Below are positions 8,385-16,822 of a stretch of DNA of 43,247 bases, piece after piece. The stretch spans positions 1 to 43,247 of the forward strand of contig JALHMV010000005.1 of assembly GCA_022843855.1 (NCBI GenBank), in the 5' to 3' direction. How positions within the stretch are numbered: the first letter of the stretch is position 1; every line of letters starts with the position of its first letter. The DNA comes from Patescibacteria group bacterium. Lineage in GTDB: Bacteria; Patescibacteriota; UBA1384; 2-12-FULL-50-11. Under the pieces are notes generated by a model. It did no database searches. It had not been told where the DNA came from and saw only the letters and a list, made by a program, of their open reading frames with translations. The translations under genes were made by a program, and so were the position numbers.

Positions 8385-9209
8385 TCAAGGACTTAGCCCT
8401 GATTCTTCTGCGAGTATGAAGGCTTCGTGTCCTATGATCTGTTCTGGTCTAGGGAAGATGATACATGAGTTGGCGGGGGCGATATATTCCTTTCTCCCGT
8501 CCTTGGCGAAAACTGTTCCGGGATCGAGCTTGTCGAAATTCATATACTTCTTGTCGAAATGAAAATTATTTGTTTCCTTTTTGGCAACCATAATGGCTTT
8601 AAGGCGCAACTGTGGTAGTGGTGGCGAAGTGGTTGCTTTTTCTGCTATTCCAAAATAGGCGAGAAAACTAGTAATGGCTTCCATAGCAAATGGGACGTAC
8701 TTTTCGGGTAAATGATTAGAGCCACATTCGAGACAAATACCTATCTTGCCATTCTGATACATGTATACATCTGTCGAACCGGTTGAGACCTCGGAAAGGT
8801 TGGTTATGATTGTACCTGTGCCCAATTCTTTTACGACATCGAGTGAATTACTTTCGCATATAGCAAACGGTCGGTCTTCCTCGCCGTTATACCCATGCAG
8901 GTCCAGTAGTGCGTCACAATCATCTAGGATTAACTTCAACCCCTCGGCCAACTGTTCTTCATAGCTTGCTTTGGGAGCCAGTTGAGGGGTGAAGCATCTG
9001 TTTAAGTTTTTTTCTATAAAACGTACCCCTAATTCAATCGCTTTCGGATTGGCAAATACGAAATGCACCGTCCCTCTCTTCGGCATAAAATCTTCGATAT
9101 ATTTCCGGACCGCAATAATTCCCGCTTTTTCATTTCCATGAACACCGCAAAACACAGCGACTGATGGTCCTGGTATGTCAGAGCGGAATGTATGTATATT
9201 GTTTTGCAT
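8385..9209 (-). CDS. Succinylglutamate desuccinylase/aspartoacylase family (M14) zinc deacylase
   Basis: Motifs GVHGNE, NLNRCF, LLDLH and LECG, plus an AstE-like C-terminal segment (NF..L.PG..FA.DG). Confidence 0.88.
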   Translation of the reverse strand: MQNNIHTFRSDIPGPSVAVFCGVHGNEKAGIIAVRKYIEDFMPKRGTVHFVFANPKAIELGVRFIEKNLNRCFTPQLAPKASYEEQLAEGLKLILDDCDALLDLHGYNGEEDRPFAICESNSLDVVKELGTGTIITNLSEVSTGSTDVYMYQNGKIGICLECGSNHLPEKYVPFAMEAITSFLAYFGIAEKATTSPPLPQLRLKAIMVAKKETNNFHFDKKYMNFDKLDPGTVFAKDGRKEYIAPANSCIIFPRPEQIIGHEAFILAEESGLSP

Positions 9210-9218
9210 TTTGGGTAT

Positions 9219-9245
9219 GGCTGGTCGGGGAGTGCCTGACCAGCC
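9219..9245. other. Intercistronic stem-loop between GNAT and M14 genes
   Basis: GGCTGGTC(GGG)-gagtg-(CCT)GACCAGCC inverted repeat with no U-tract on the coding strand. Confidence 0.55.
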
Positions 9246-9247
9246 AG

Positions 9248-9898
9248 TTAGGATCGCATTCCAATGATGACATATCCGTCCCCTTTGCCGAGCTGGCGAA
9301 AGAGCTGATTGACATCATCGCTTCGGCACGAGATTGAGTCTCCATAGAGGCCATTCCCATATGCCCCCCGGACAATCAGCATCGGGGGATCACTGATTGG
9401 CTTCCCGCCAATTAGCTCAAGGACCTCCGAGGCTGTCTCGAAGATCTCCGTCGGTACTTCCTTGCCATCGACTCCGGGGTAGATTCGGTCAAAGATTCCG
9501 GTGGACCTGATGCCTTGATAGACGCGAGGATTTTGTGTCCTTACGACCATCGCCTCTGAGTCTGCGTGCAGGCACTCGCGGATAAGCCGTTTGTATAGGC
9601 CTTTTCCCTGATGGTTCGGGTCAACGATTGTCCCAACCCGATATGTGATCTTGATCCTCTCAAGGATTAGCTGGCGAATGCCGGCAAATCCTATGATTTT
9701 CTCGTTGTCATCGAAGGCTACGACCAGCTCTTGGTCGGTTTCCGGAAGGCCGAACATGTGATCGGCAGTCTCCTGACGATCGACTCCTTGAAAGACTTGG
9801 CGCACCAGATCGAAGCCACCGTCGAGAAGAGTTTCTCGGCAGTGACCAGTAATATCTGACGCGACGTAACGACGAAGATTGATGTCTGTACTGTTCAT
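9248..9898 (-). CDS. GNAT-family N-acyltransferase
   Basis: Beta strand IIGFAG and acetyl-CoA-binding motif A IVDPNHQGKGLYKRL. Confidence 0.85.
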   Translation of the reverse strand: MNSTDINLRRYVASDITGHCRETLLDGGFDLVRQVFQGVDRQETADHMFGLPETDQELVVAFDDNEKIIGFAGIRQLILERIKITYRVGTIVDPNHQGKGLYKRLIRECLHADSEAMVVRTQNPRVYQGIRSTGIFDRIYPGVDGKEVPTEIFETASEVLELIGGKPISDPPMLIVRGAYGNGLYGDSISCRSDDVNQLFRQLGKGDGYVIIGMRS

Positions 9899-9920
9899 GT
9901 CATCACCGATGTAGGGTACG

Positions 9921-9944
9921 AAAAAACGTCCGGTGACCGGACGT
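9921..9944 (-). terminator. Attenuator terminator in the GNAT leader
   Basis: Minus strand reads ACGUCCGG-UCA-CCGGACGU-UUUUU, 22 nt before the GNAT start. Confidence 0.9.
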
Positions 9945-9969
9945 CTGTGAAATTCACGACAAACCTAGG

Positions 9970-10026
9970 TCACCTGCTGGGACTTGGATTGCGCCACCAC
10001 GCGTTTGCGATGGGTGTGAATTCCAT
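9970..10026 (-). CDS. Trp-attenuator leader peptide MEFTPIANAWWRNPSPSR (TrpL-like, 18 aa)
   Basis: Hand-translated and absent from the ORF track. Tandem TGG TGG followed by Arg. Promoter lies directly upstream; terminator and antiterminator lie directly downstream. Confidence 0.88.
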   Translation of the reverse strand: MEFTPIANAWWRNPSPSR

Positions 10027-10033
10027 ACCTGGA

Positions 10034-10062
10034 ATATTAATACCCAGTGAGTAGGGTGTCAA
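10034..10062 (-). promoter_or_regulatory. Sigma70 promoter of the attenuated operon
   Basis: TTGACA-17nt-TAATAT, 7 nt before the leader peptide ATG (leaderless). Confidence 0.8.
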
Positions 10063-10105
10063 CTGTTTCTTTACGTCAAAGAAGGGGTGAGATAGTCTAA
10101 GGTCA

Positions 10106-10648
10106 ATGTTATTTCTTAAGGCTCGTCCGCGAGTCGAGCGCATTTTAGTCAGTGATGATATTTTCCATAAAGTCGCGCAGATGCGCTATCGAGTGTACTG
10201 CGAGGAAATGGGATTTCTCGAGAAGGACAAATACCCGAAGAAACTTGAGACCGATGAGTACGACGGCAGCTCGATCCATATTGCTGTACTAATTGGCCGT
10301 CGTTTGGCTGGATACGCTCGAGTGATTTTGCCGCGCAATGGGACCCTGCCGATCTTTGAGCACTTTGAGATTCCGCCGGAAGAGGATATTGACGCTTCCT
10401 GTGAGGTATCGCGTTTTATGATTTCTAAGCTTTACCGCCGTAAAACCGAGACGCGTCGGGAGATTTTCCGGCTTTTAGCCGAAGAGATATTGAAGGTTGT
10501 TGAAGAACATCAAGTGAAGAATATCTACGCAGTCGTTGAGGAGTGGCTTCTTAAGAGTCTTCACAAGCGAGGGTATATGTTCGAGGTTGTTGGCGAGGGG
10601 AAGGATTATATGGGCGCGATTACCTATCCGACGAGGCTGGAAAGATAG
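10106..10648 (+). CDS. N-acyl amino acid synthase (FeeM-like) / LuxI-fold acyltransferase
   Basis: QMRYRVYCEEMGF...LETDEYD...GYARVI...LPI...CEVSRF keeps the R, ExDxxD, R and ExSR residues of the LuxI/FeeM superfamily, but has F at the LuxI Trp position. Confidence 0.8.
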   Translation: MLFLKARPRVERILVSDDIFHKVAQMRYRVYCEEMGFLEKDKYPKKLETDEYDGSSIHIAVLIGRRLAGYARVILPRNGTLPIFEHFEIPPEEDIDASCEVSRFMISKLYRRKTETRREIFRLLAEEILKVVEEHQVKNIYAVVEEWLLKSLHKRGYMFEVVGEGKDYMGAITYPTRLER

Positions 10649-10652
10649 ATGG

Positions 10653-10991
10653 ATGGAGGGAATCAATAGCCTAGTCTCTGAAAACATCACCACCGCTAAG
10701 GGATTCGGAGTCATTTACCTCATCACATTTGTGCCAGCATGGGTAGTTGTCTTCATGATAGGGAGAGAGGTTGCTCTTCAGAGAAGCGCTAAGGATCCGC
10801 ATTCGTCAAAGGCAAGGCTACGTAGCCTGATCGCGCTAGAGATTGCAATTCTTGCAGCACCATATATTTATGCCGTTACAGTTGTGCAGAGAGTTCCGTT
10901 CTTGGTTAAAGGCCTCCTGTTCCTACTGCTAATTCTTGTCTTAGTACGTATATACAAGAAGGAAGGGCAAAAGCATCAAGATGTTTTTTAA
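10653..10991 (+). CDS. Small membrane protein (about 3 TM, 112 aa)
   Basis: ATG 4 nt after the synthase stop, three hydrophobic segments, overlaps the next gene start. Confidence 0.7.
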   Translation: MEGINSLVSENITTAKGFGVIYLITFVPAWVVVFMIGREVALQRSAKDPHSSKARLRSLIALEIAILAAPYIYAVTVVQRVPFLVKGLLFLLLILVLVRIYKKEGQKHQDVF

Positions 10992-11688
10992 GAAGTTCCT
11001 CTGGTCAATTTACTCCTTTTGTTACGACGTAATATTGTTTTCGGCACCGCACCGAGCAATGTTCAAGACCATATTGGAGAAGATAGATGGCGAGGGTTCG
11101 TCGTTAGTTCTAGATGTAGGGGCGGGAACGGGGAATCTTGAGTTTCTAGGTAGGAATAGAAGCGTTAAGTTTATTGCCACGGATTTCTCTAGGAGCATGC
11201 TAGCGATTCTTAGGCTTAAGAATCCCAACAGATCGAAAGTTGAGACAATTCTCTGGAACGTAAATTGTGAGCTGCCGGCAGGGGTGGTTCGTGTAGATGC
11301 TATTGTATGCGTTAACGTAATTTTTACGGTAACTGATCTGGAAAGATTTCTTAGGCAAATGTCAAAAACTCTTAAGGAAAGTGGGTCAATATTCATTGTT
11401 TCTCCGCGAAGCAGTTTTTCTATCAGGATGATAGCGAGTGAGCATGTCCGAATGACAATGGCTAGACCTTTCGGGATATTTATCTTGGCCATTCAGATAA
11501 TAGTTTTAGCCATCCCGTTACTGTTGCTGCTAGTGGTTAATCTACTTATCGAGACCCTTTTCTCCAGTGACCAGTACGTATATTTCTCCGAAGGAACCGT
11601 ACAGGACTTACTACAAAAACTTGGCTACTCCGTCACGGTTAACGACGTGCTAGCGGGTCAAGAATACATGGTGATCGGACGCCGCTAA
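10981..11688 (+). CDS. Class I SAM-dependent methyltransferase with a hydrophobic insertion
   Basis: Motifs VLDVGAGTG, ATDFSRSML, DAIVC and LKESG. Hydrophobic stretch IFILAIQIIVLAIPLLLLLVVNLLI. Confidence 0.88.
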   Translation: MFFKKFLWSIYSFCYDVILFSAPHRAMFKTILEKIDGEGSSLVLDVGAGTGNLEFLGRNRSVKFIATDFSRSMLAILRLKNPNRSKVETILWNVNCELPAGVVRVDAIVCVNVIFTVTDLERFLRQMSKTLKESGSIFIVSPRSSFSIRMIASEHVRMTMARPFGIFILAIQIIVLAIPLLLLLVVNLLIETLFSSDQYVYFSEGTVQDLLQKLGYSVTVNDVLAGQEYMVIGRR

Positions 11689-11712
11689 GCGACTCTGTTA
11701 GTATTTATCTAA

Positions 11713-13995
11713 ATGGGAGTTGATTTAGTTGTCTTAGTGCTTTCGAGCGCCCTTGTGCTGACATTGGGAATAACTGCTGTAAGTAATAGGGGTAGTAGCG
11801 CTCATAATCTCTACTTCTTTTTGACAACGTTGTCGATCGTCTTATGGATGGTGACGAACTACGGCGCAAATTCTATTCACGCTTTCACTCTGCTAGTCAA
11901 CAAACTTACTTTTGCTTCAGTTGTTACTGCCGCCTTTTTCCTAACACTGTTTGTACTATCGTTCCCGAAACAGTCAAGTGGCCCGCCTAAGGTGATTAAA
12001 TGGGTCTTTTGCCTGGCCACCATACTCGTACTTGCAGCGGTAGTGAGTACTGATCTCATAGTCAAGAGATACCTAGAAACGCCAACGGGCACAACAATTG
12101 AAACTGGCAAAGGGTTCTGGATTTTCCTCGCATACTTTATACCCGTTATGGTTGGTGCGCTTTCTCACTTAACTTTAAAGCGGAAAGTACTGTCACAGGG
12201 GGAGAGAAAGCAGGTCGATCTGATACTTTTTGGTGTTGGCCTAACGTTCGTGGCAGGGTTAGTCATGAATCTAATTTTGCCCCTTCTCTACGATTCAACT
12301 GTTTTCCTTACCTACACTCCTTACGGAACAGTTTTTTTAGTTGGGGCGATCTTCTATGCCATGATTGCACACGATCTATTTGAGCTTAGAACCTTAGGGG
12401 CTGGCCTCCTCGCATTCGCAATCAACATCGCATTGATTGCTCAAATCTTTGTTTCAAACAGCACCAGCGAGATGGTGCTTAAGATTGGAGTTGAGCTTAT
12501 CGTAGCGATCGGAAGCTACTCCCTTGTTAAGAACATCAATAAAGAAATATCTCGCCGGGAAGAGGTGGAGCGATTGGCGAAGGAGCGTATAGAAACATTG
12601 AAGGAGCTCGAGCAACGCAACAAGAACCTGGCCGCTCTGCAGAAAGTTTCCAAAATGGTTCTCAACCAGATCGAGATGAAGCCGATGATCCAAGCGATTC
12701 TGGACGAGATTCCGAAACAGTTTGATAACTGTACCGGCGCGCTTCTTAATCTTGTCCATGGTGGCCATATGGCTGCCTACGCGATCTCGACGAACGAGTT
12801 TACCAAGAAGGTCACAAGCCTCGTCGGCGACGATCTAGAGAAATACAGCTATCCTATCAAACCCGGCTTCAACCTTTTACACGACACGCTTATTAGCAAG
12901 CAGATTAAGGAGTCGACGAAACTCAGTGACTTCATCTGCCCCCCAATCACCAAGCCGGTGGCGGCGACGATCCAGACGTTAGTCGGAATTAAGTATACTC
13001 TGGCCGTTCCGTTGTTTGCCGGCAAAGAACCGCTCGGTGTGATGCTGTTCTCCTATCGCGTTCCCAAGAGTGAGCTGCTCGAAAAAGATCTTGATATGGC
13101 TGTGGCGATTTCGGACGAAACCAGCTTGGCCATTCAGCGCGCCTACGCCTTCCAGCAGCTTAAAGATGCCAACGAGTACCTGGCTGATCTGGATAAGCTG
13201 AAAGACGAATTTATCTCGATCGCTTCCCACGAACTCAATACACCGTTGGCAGCTGTCGAAGGCTATCTGTCGATGATTCTCGATGAGAACATGGGCAAGG
13301 TCGACGACAAGGCCCGAGTGTATCTAACCCGCGCCTACGACTCGAGTAAACGATTGGCGGAGCTGATTTTGGACTTGCTCAATGTTTCTCGCATCGAACA
13401 AGGCCGAATCAAGATGAAGTTTGCCAAGACTAACCTGTACGATTTGGCAGAGAGCGTTATGCACGAGCTTCAAGTAAAAGTTGACGCCAAGAAGCTGACT
13501 CTGAAACTGGAAGGCGATCGTAAGAGAGTACCGCAGACCTGGTGCGATCCCGATCGGATCCGCGAGGTGATTGTTAACCTGGTTGGTAACGCCATCAAGT
13601 ACACAGAAAAAGGCGGTATCCGAATGCGTATCAGCGAGGATGCCGGCCGTATCAAATTTGAAGTAATCGACACCGGTCGAGGTATCTCGGCCGAGGGCCA
13701 GAAGAAACTCTTCCAAAAGTTCTCTCAAGTTAAGCGAGAGATTGACGAGCAAAAAGGAACGGGCTTAGGCCTCTACATCAGCAAAAACTTTGTCGAACTC
13801 CATAAGGGTCGGATTTGGGTTGAGTCCGAAGAGGATAAGGGATCTGACTTTATCTTTGAGCTGCCGCTCCTGACCGAACCGCCAGAGAAGATCGAAGGGG
13901 CGATCCTGGAAGGGCCGTTGTCGGCGCCGCAGATTGAGCGGCGCAACCCGCTGGAAATACCGACGGCGATCAAAGAATCGGCTAAGAAAAATTAG
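11713..13995 (+). CDS. Sensor histidine kinase: N-terminal 7TM-type membrane domain, GAF, HisKA, HATPase
   Basis: About 270-aa multi-TM N-terminus, GAF (LAVPLF...LGVM), H-box ASHELNTPL, N-box NLVGNAIKYT, DTGRGI and GTGLGL. Confidence 0.93.
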   Translation: MGVDLVVLVLSSALVLTLGITAVSNRGSSAHNLYFFLTTLSIVLWMVTNYGANSIHAFTLLVNKLTFASVVTAAFFLTLFVLSFPKQSSGPPKVIKWVFCLATILVLAAVVSTDLIVKRYLETPTGTTIETGKGFWIFLAYFIPVMVGALSHLTLKRKVLSQGERKQVDLILFGVGLTFVAGLVMNLILPLLYDSTVFLTYTPYGTVFLVGAIFYAMIAHDLFELRTLGAGLLAFAINIALIAQIFVSNSTSEMVLKIGVELIVAIGSYSLVKNINKEISRREEVERLAKERIETLKELEQRNKNLAALQKVSKMVLNQIEMKPMIQAILDEIPKQFDNCTGALLNLVHGGHMAAYAISTNEFTKKVTSLVGDDLEKYSYPIKPGFNLLHDTLISKQIKESTKLSDFICPPITKPVAATIQTLVGIKYTLAVPLFAGKEPLGVMLFSYRVPKSELLEKDLDMAVAISDETSLAIQRAYAFQQLKDANEYLADLDKLKDEFISIASHELNTPLAAVEGYLSMILDENMGKVDDKARVYLTRAYDSSKRLAELILDLLNVSRIEQGRIKMKFAKTNLYDLAESVMHELQVKVDAKKLTLKLEGDRKRVPQTWCDPDRIREVIVNLVGNAIKYTEKGGIRMRISEDAGRIKFEVIDTGRGISAEGQKKLFQKFSQVKREIDEQKGTGLGLYISKNFVELHKGRIWVESEEDKGSDFIFELPLLTEPPEKIEGAILEGPLSAPQIERRNPLEIPTAIKESAKKN

Positions 13996-14064
13996 ACTTA
14001 GCCCTAGTGCCGTTATCGACCATGGCGGCAGCAGAAACTTGTCGTTTAACATAGGTATTTAAGT

Positions 14065-14090
14065 ACGGCCCCGATGCCTATCGGGGCCGT
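14065..14090. terminator. Hairpin between the convergent kinase and microprotein genes
   Basis: ACGGCCCCGAT-gcct-ATCGGGGCCGT perfect 11-bp stem. Confidence 0.7.
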
Positions 14091-14093
14091 GGG

Positions 14094-14204
14094 TCAGTCC
14101 TCTTCTTCAGAGTCTTCGTCAAGCAGACACTCGTCGCTGCCGCAATCATGGTAGCCCAGATCGCAGCGAACGCAATCACACTCGCAGGTTCCTGCTTCTG
14201 CCAA
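14094..14204 (-). CDS. Cys-rich acidic microprotein MAEAGTCECDCVRCDLGYHDCGSDECLLDEDSEEED (36 aa)
   Basis: Hand-translated. GGAGG lies 7 nt before the TTG start, TGgTATAGT extended -10 at 14260-14252, and a hairpin begins 3 nt after the stop. Confidence 0.72.
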   Translation of the reverse strand: MAEAGTCECDCVRCDLGYHDCGSDECLLDEDSEEED

Positions 14205-14267
14205 TCGGTTGCCTCCAGATGGATTAACGGTATTGTCGTACCGCCGCGGCCACTATACCATCACGAT

Positions 14268-14852
14268 ATGTTGCCAATCAATGATCGGCGTTTTATGACA
14301 CTATCCAGCAGAAAGACAGTTCCGTTACTCACGAAAGAAAAAATTCGACTTCTCGAGGCAGCTGATTGTCTGAATAGTATCGAAAAAGTCCGTCTTCTAG
14401 CCATACTGGCAGGCAAGCGTTGGCTGACTGAAGTGAGTATTCGCAAAGACGGAAGCAGCCACAACATTAGCGTGACAGATCTTCTGGATGATCTGGGTCT
14501 GGCCTGGATCGATGAGTGTTATACGAAGAAGGATGGCACAAGAGTCGATTGGATAGAGGTCGGAGCCAACGCAGCGGTGATCGAGTACATTACTCTGAAT
14601 CGCCATACCCTTAGTGTTTTGGAAGCTGGTGTTCTTTATGGCTATCCTGTTACAGCAGTATTGGCCGCCAGTGGCATTCTGAACGAAAAACGGAAGCGTG
14701 TTCGTGAGAAAACTACGGCCCAAAGATGTTTGGGGGGGATCTTCTCAAGCGACAATGAGAAGGATGAGGAGCGTTTCCTAGAAGAGCAGTGGCAGGCTCT
14801 ATCCCGGATCACTAAAGAGATAGTCTCGGAGGCGACGCTTCATTTGGGCTAG
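14268..14852 (+). CDS. Hypothetical protein (about 194 aa)
   Basis: Long ORF. Start moved to ATG 14268 (TACCAT 6 nt upstream), which avoids overlap with the microprotein. Confidence 0.65.
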   Translation: MLPINDRRFMTLSSRKTVPLLTKEKIRLLEAADCLNSIEKVRLLAILAGKRWLTEVSIRKDGSSHNISVTDLLDDLGLAWIDECYTKKDGTRVDWIEVGANAAVIEYITLNRHTLSVLEAGVLYGYPVTAVLAASGILNEKRKRVREKTTAQRCLGGIFSSDNEKDEERFLEEQWQALSRITKEIVSEATLHLG

Positions 14853-15040
14853 TTCATCCGCAGCGTTTATGCTGGACTAGATGAAGCCTGGAATGGTGAT
14901 CTGCTTTACGTCCACAAGCAGTGACGCGAAGCGTTAAACGCTGATGACATTCAGAGCGCATTGAGCTACTTAGTCGGCCAAACAAGCTAACCTCGAAGCT
15001 TTCTTGTATTTTTGTGCTGTTTTGTTACGGTTAACCCATA

Positions 15041-15475
15041 ATGTCTGAATCATTTAAGAGTATCTTGTTAGTTGACGATGACCTGACGCTGCGCGAGATG
15101 TATTCGGAGCGGCTCAAGGCGGAGGGATTTGTGGTCGAGATGGCCAGGGACGGAGAAGAGGCGCTCTCTAAGGCCGCCGAGATGCACCCCAATATTATTC
15201 TTCTCGATATCATGATGCCCAAGATCAACGGGCTCGATGTCTTAAAGAAGCTGCGCGAACAAGAAGAGACAAAAGCGATTCCGGTCATTGTTCTGACGGC
15301 CTTGATCCAGGATCGGGAAAAAATGGAGAGTATTACTCGCGGTGCTGATGACTATATCGTCAAATCTGAGACGATGCCCGGTGAGGTCATCCAAAAAGTC
15401 AAAGATCTCCTCGAGAGAGGTCCGAAACCTTCCGAGGGTACGACGGCCAATCCGCCGTCAGCTGCCGCTGCCTAG
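15041..15475 (+). CDS. Single-domain response regulator (receiver only)
   Basis: ILLVDDD, LLDIMMP (phospho-Asp), VIVLTA and GADDYIVK. No output domain. Confidence 0.92.
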   Translation: MSESFKSILLVDDDLTLREMYSERLKAEGFVVEMARDGEEALSKAAEMHPNIILLDIMMPKINGLDVLKKLREQEETKAIPVIVLTALIQDREKMESITRGADDYIVKSETMPGEVIQKVKDLLERGPKPSEGTTANPPSAAAA

Positions 15476-15502
15476 CTTGTCTTTGTGATACGATATCCGC
15501 AT

Positions 15503-16822
15503 ATGAACGGCTATATTCGTCTCCGAGGCGGCCGGCCGTTAGTCGGGGAGATCGCCCTGCGTGGGGCGAAAAATTCTGTACCAAAGTTAATGGTGGCCGC
15601 GCTTTTGACCGACGAGCCGTGCATCATTCGTGAAGTGCCGAAGATCGAGGATGTCGAAATCATGATGACGTTGTTTAAACGTATAGGAGTCGATGTTCAA
15701 GAATTACGTCCGGGTACTCTCCAGATCACCGCTCAGAAAATGCGTCAATTGGCCGACAGTGACTTGGGCGGAGTGACGGGCAGAAGTCGGATTCCAATCC
15801 TGATGTGCGGACCGCTGCTAACGCGTTTCGGCGAGGCACTCGTCGCGAAAGTCGGCGGCTGCGATATCGGACCGCGTCCAGTCAACTTTCATATTCAGGC
15901 ACTCTCGGAATTGGGCGCACGCTACGAGGAGAAAAACGATCGGGCGTTCTTTCGTGCGAAGAGGCTCAAGGGTGCGGCGGTAACGCTTGAATATCCAAGC
16001 GTCGGAGCGACCGAACAGGTTCTGTTAGCGAGCGTATTAGCCGATGGGGTGACCGAACTGCACAACGCCGCTGTTGAACCGGAGATAATGGATCTTATCT
16101 GTTTTCTTCAGAAGATGGGAGCGATTATTTCGGTAGATACCGATCGAGTGATTACGATCGAAGGAGTAAAGCGCCTCGGCGGGACGATCCATACGGCGAT
16201 TGTCGATCGGATCGAAACGGCATCGTGGGCGTGCGCCGCGCTCGGTACTAACGGAAAGATCTTTGTTCGTAACGCCGCACAGCAGGACATGTTAACGTTT
16301 CTGAATAAGTTCCGCCAGGTTGGCGGCGGTTTTCAAGTCACCCGAGACGGCATTACGTTTTTCCGGCAGCGGGAGAGGCTGGAACCGATCACCATCGAAA
16401 CCGATATCCACCCTGGCTTCATGACTGACTGGCAGCAGCCGTTTGTTGTCGCGCTCACTCAAGCGCACGGAAGTTCGTTGATCCGCGAGACGGTCTACGA
16501 AAGCCGGTTTGGCTACACTGACGCGTTAAACACTATGGGCGCGCAGATAGCGGTCATTAACGAACCGATCGAGGAGATACGGTCTAAATTTGGTCGGCGT
16601 AACTATCGCCAAAGCGCTCGCGTGACCGGACCGACTGCGCTTAGGGGCGCAACGATCAGCGTTCCCGATCTCCGCGCCGGGTTTTCCTACGTCATCGCTG
16701 CTCTCATCGCCGAAGGAGAGAGTCGTATTGAGAACTTTAACGTCCTCTCGCGTGGGTACGAACATCTCACTGCCAAGCTGCAGACACTTGGGGCTGAAGT
16801 ACTCGAAGTAAAGATCGACTAA
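15503..16822 (+). CDS. murA: UDP-N-acetylglucosamine 1-carboxyvinyltransferase
   Basis: Motifs GAKNS, GGCDIGPRP, SVGATE, NAAVEPE, HPGFMTD and PDLRAG. Confidence 0.96.
   Translation: MNGYIRLRGGRPLVGEIALRGAKNSVPKLMVAALLTDEPCIIREVPKIEDVEIMMTLFKRIGVDVQELRPGTLQITAQKMRQLADSDLGGVTGRSRIPILMCGPLLTRFGEALVAKVGGCDIGPRPVNFHIQALSELGARYEEKNDRAFFRAKRLKGAAVTLEYPSVGATEQVLLASVLADGVTELHNAAVEPEIMDLICFLQKMGAIISVDTDRVITIEGVKRLGGTIHTAIVDRIETASWACAALGTNGKIFVRNAAQQDMLTFLNKFRQVGGGFQVTRDGITFFRQRERLEPITIETDIHPGFMTDWQQPFVVALTQAHGSSLIRETVYESRFGYTDALNTMGAQIAVINEPIEEIRSKFGRRNYRQSARVTGPTALRGATISVPDLRAGFSYVIAALIAEGESRIENFNVLSRGYEHLTAKLQTLGAEVLEVKID

Noticed and set aside
10106-10648. Calling this luxI (AHL synthase)
   Set aside because: The LuxI Trp is replaced (MGF), there is no LuxR nearby, and the pattern fits FeeM-like acyltransferases at least as well. 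The product cannot be determined from sequence.
14148-14267. Upstream start for the 14852-ending ORF
   Set aside because: It overlaps the better-supported minus-strand microprotein and its promoter.
15503-16822. Fosfomycin-resistant MurA
   Set aside because: The active-site Cys is retained (GGCDIG).
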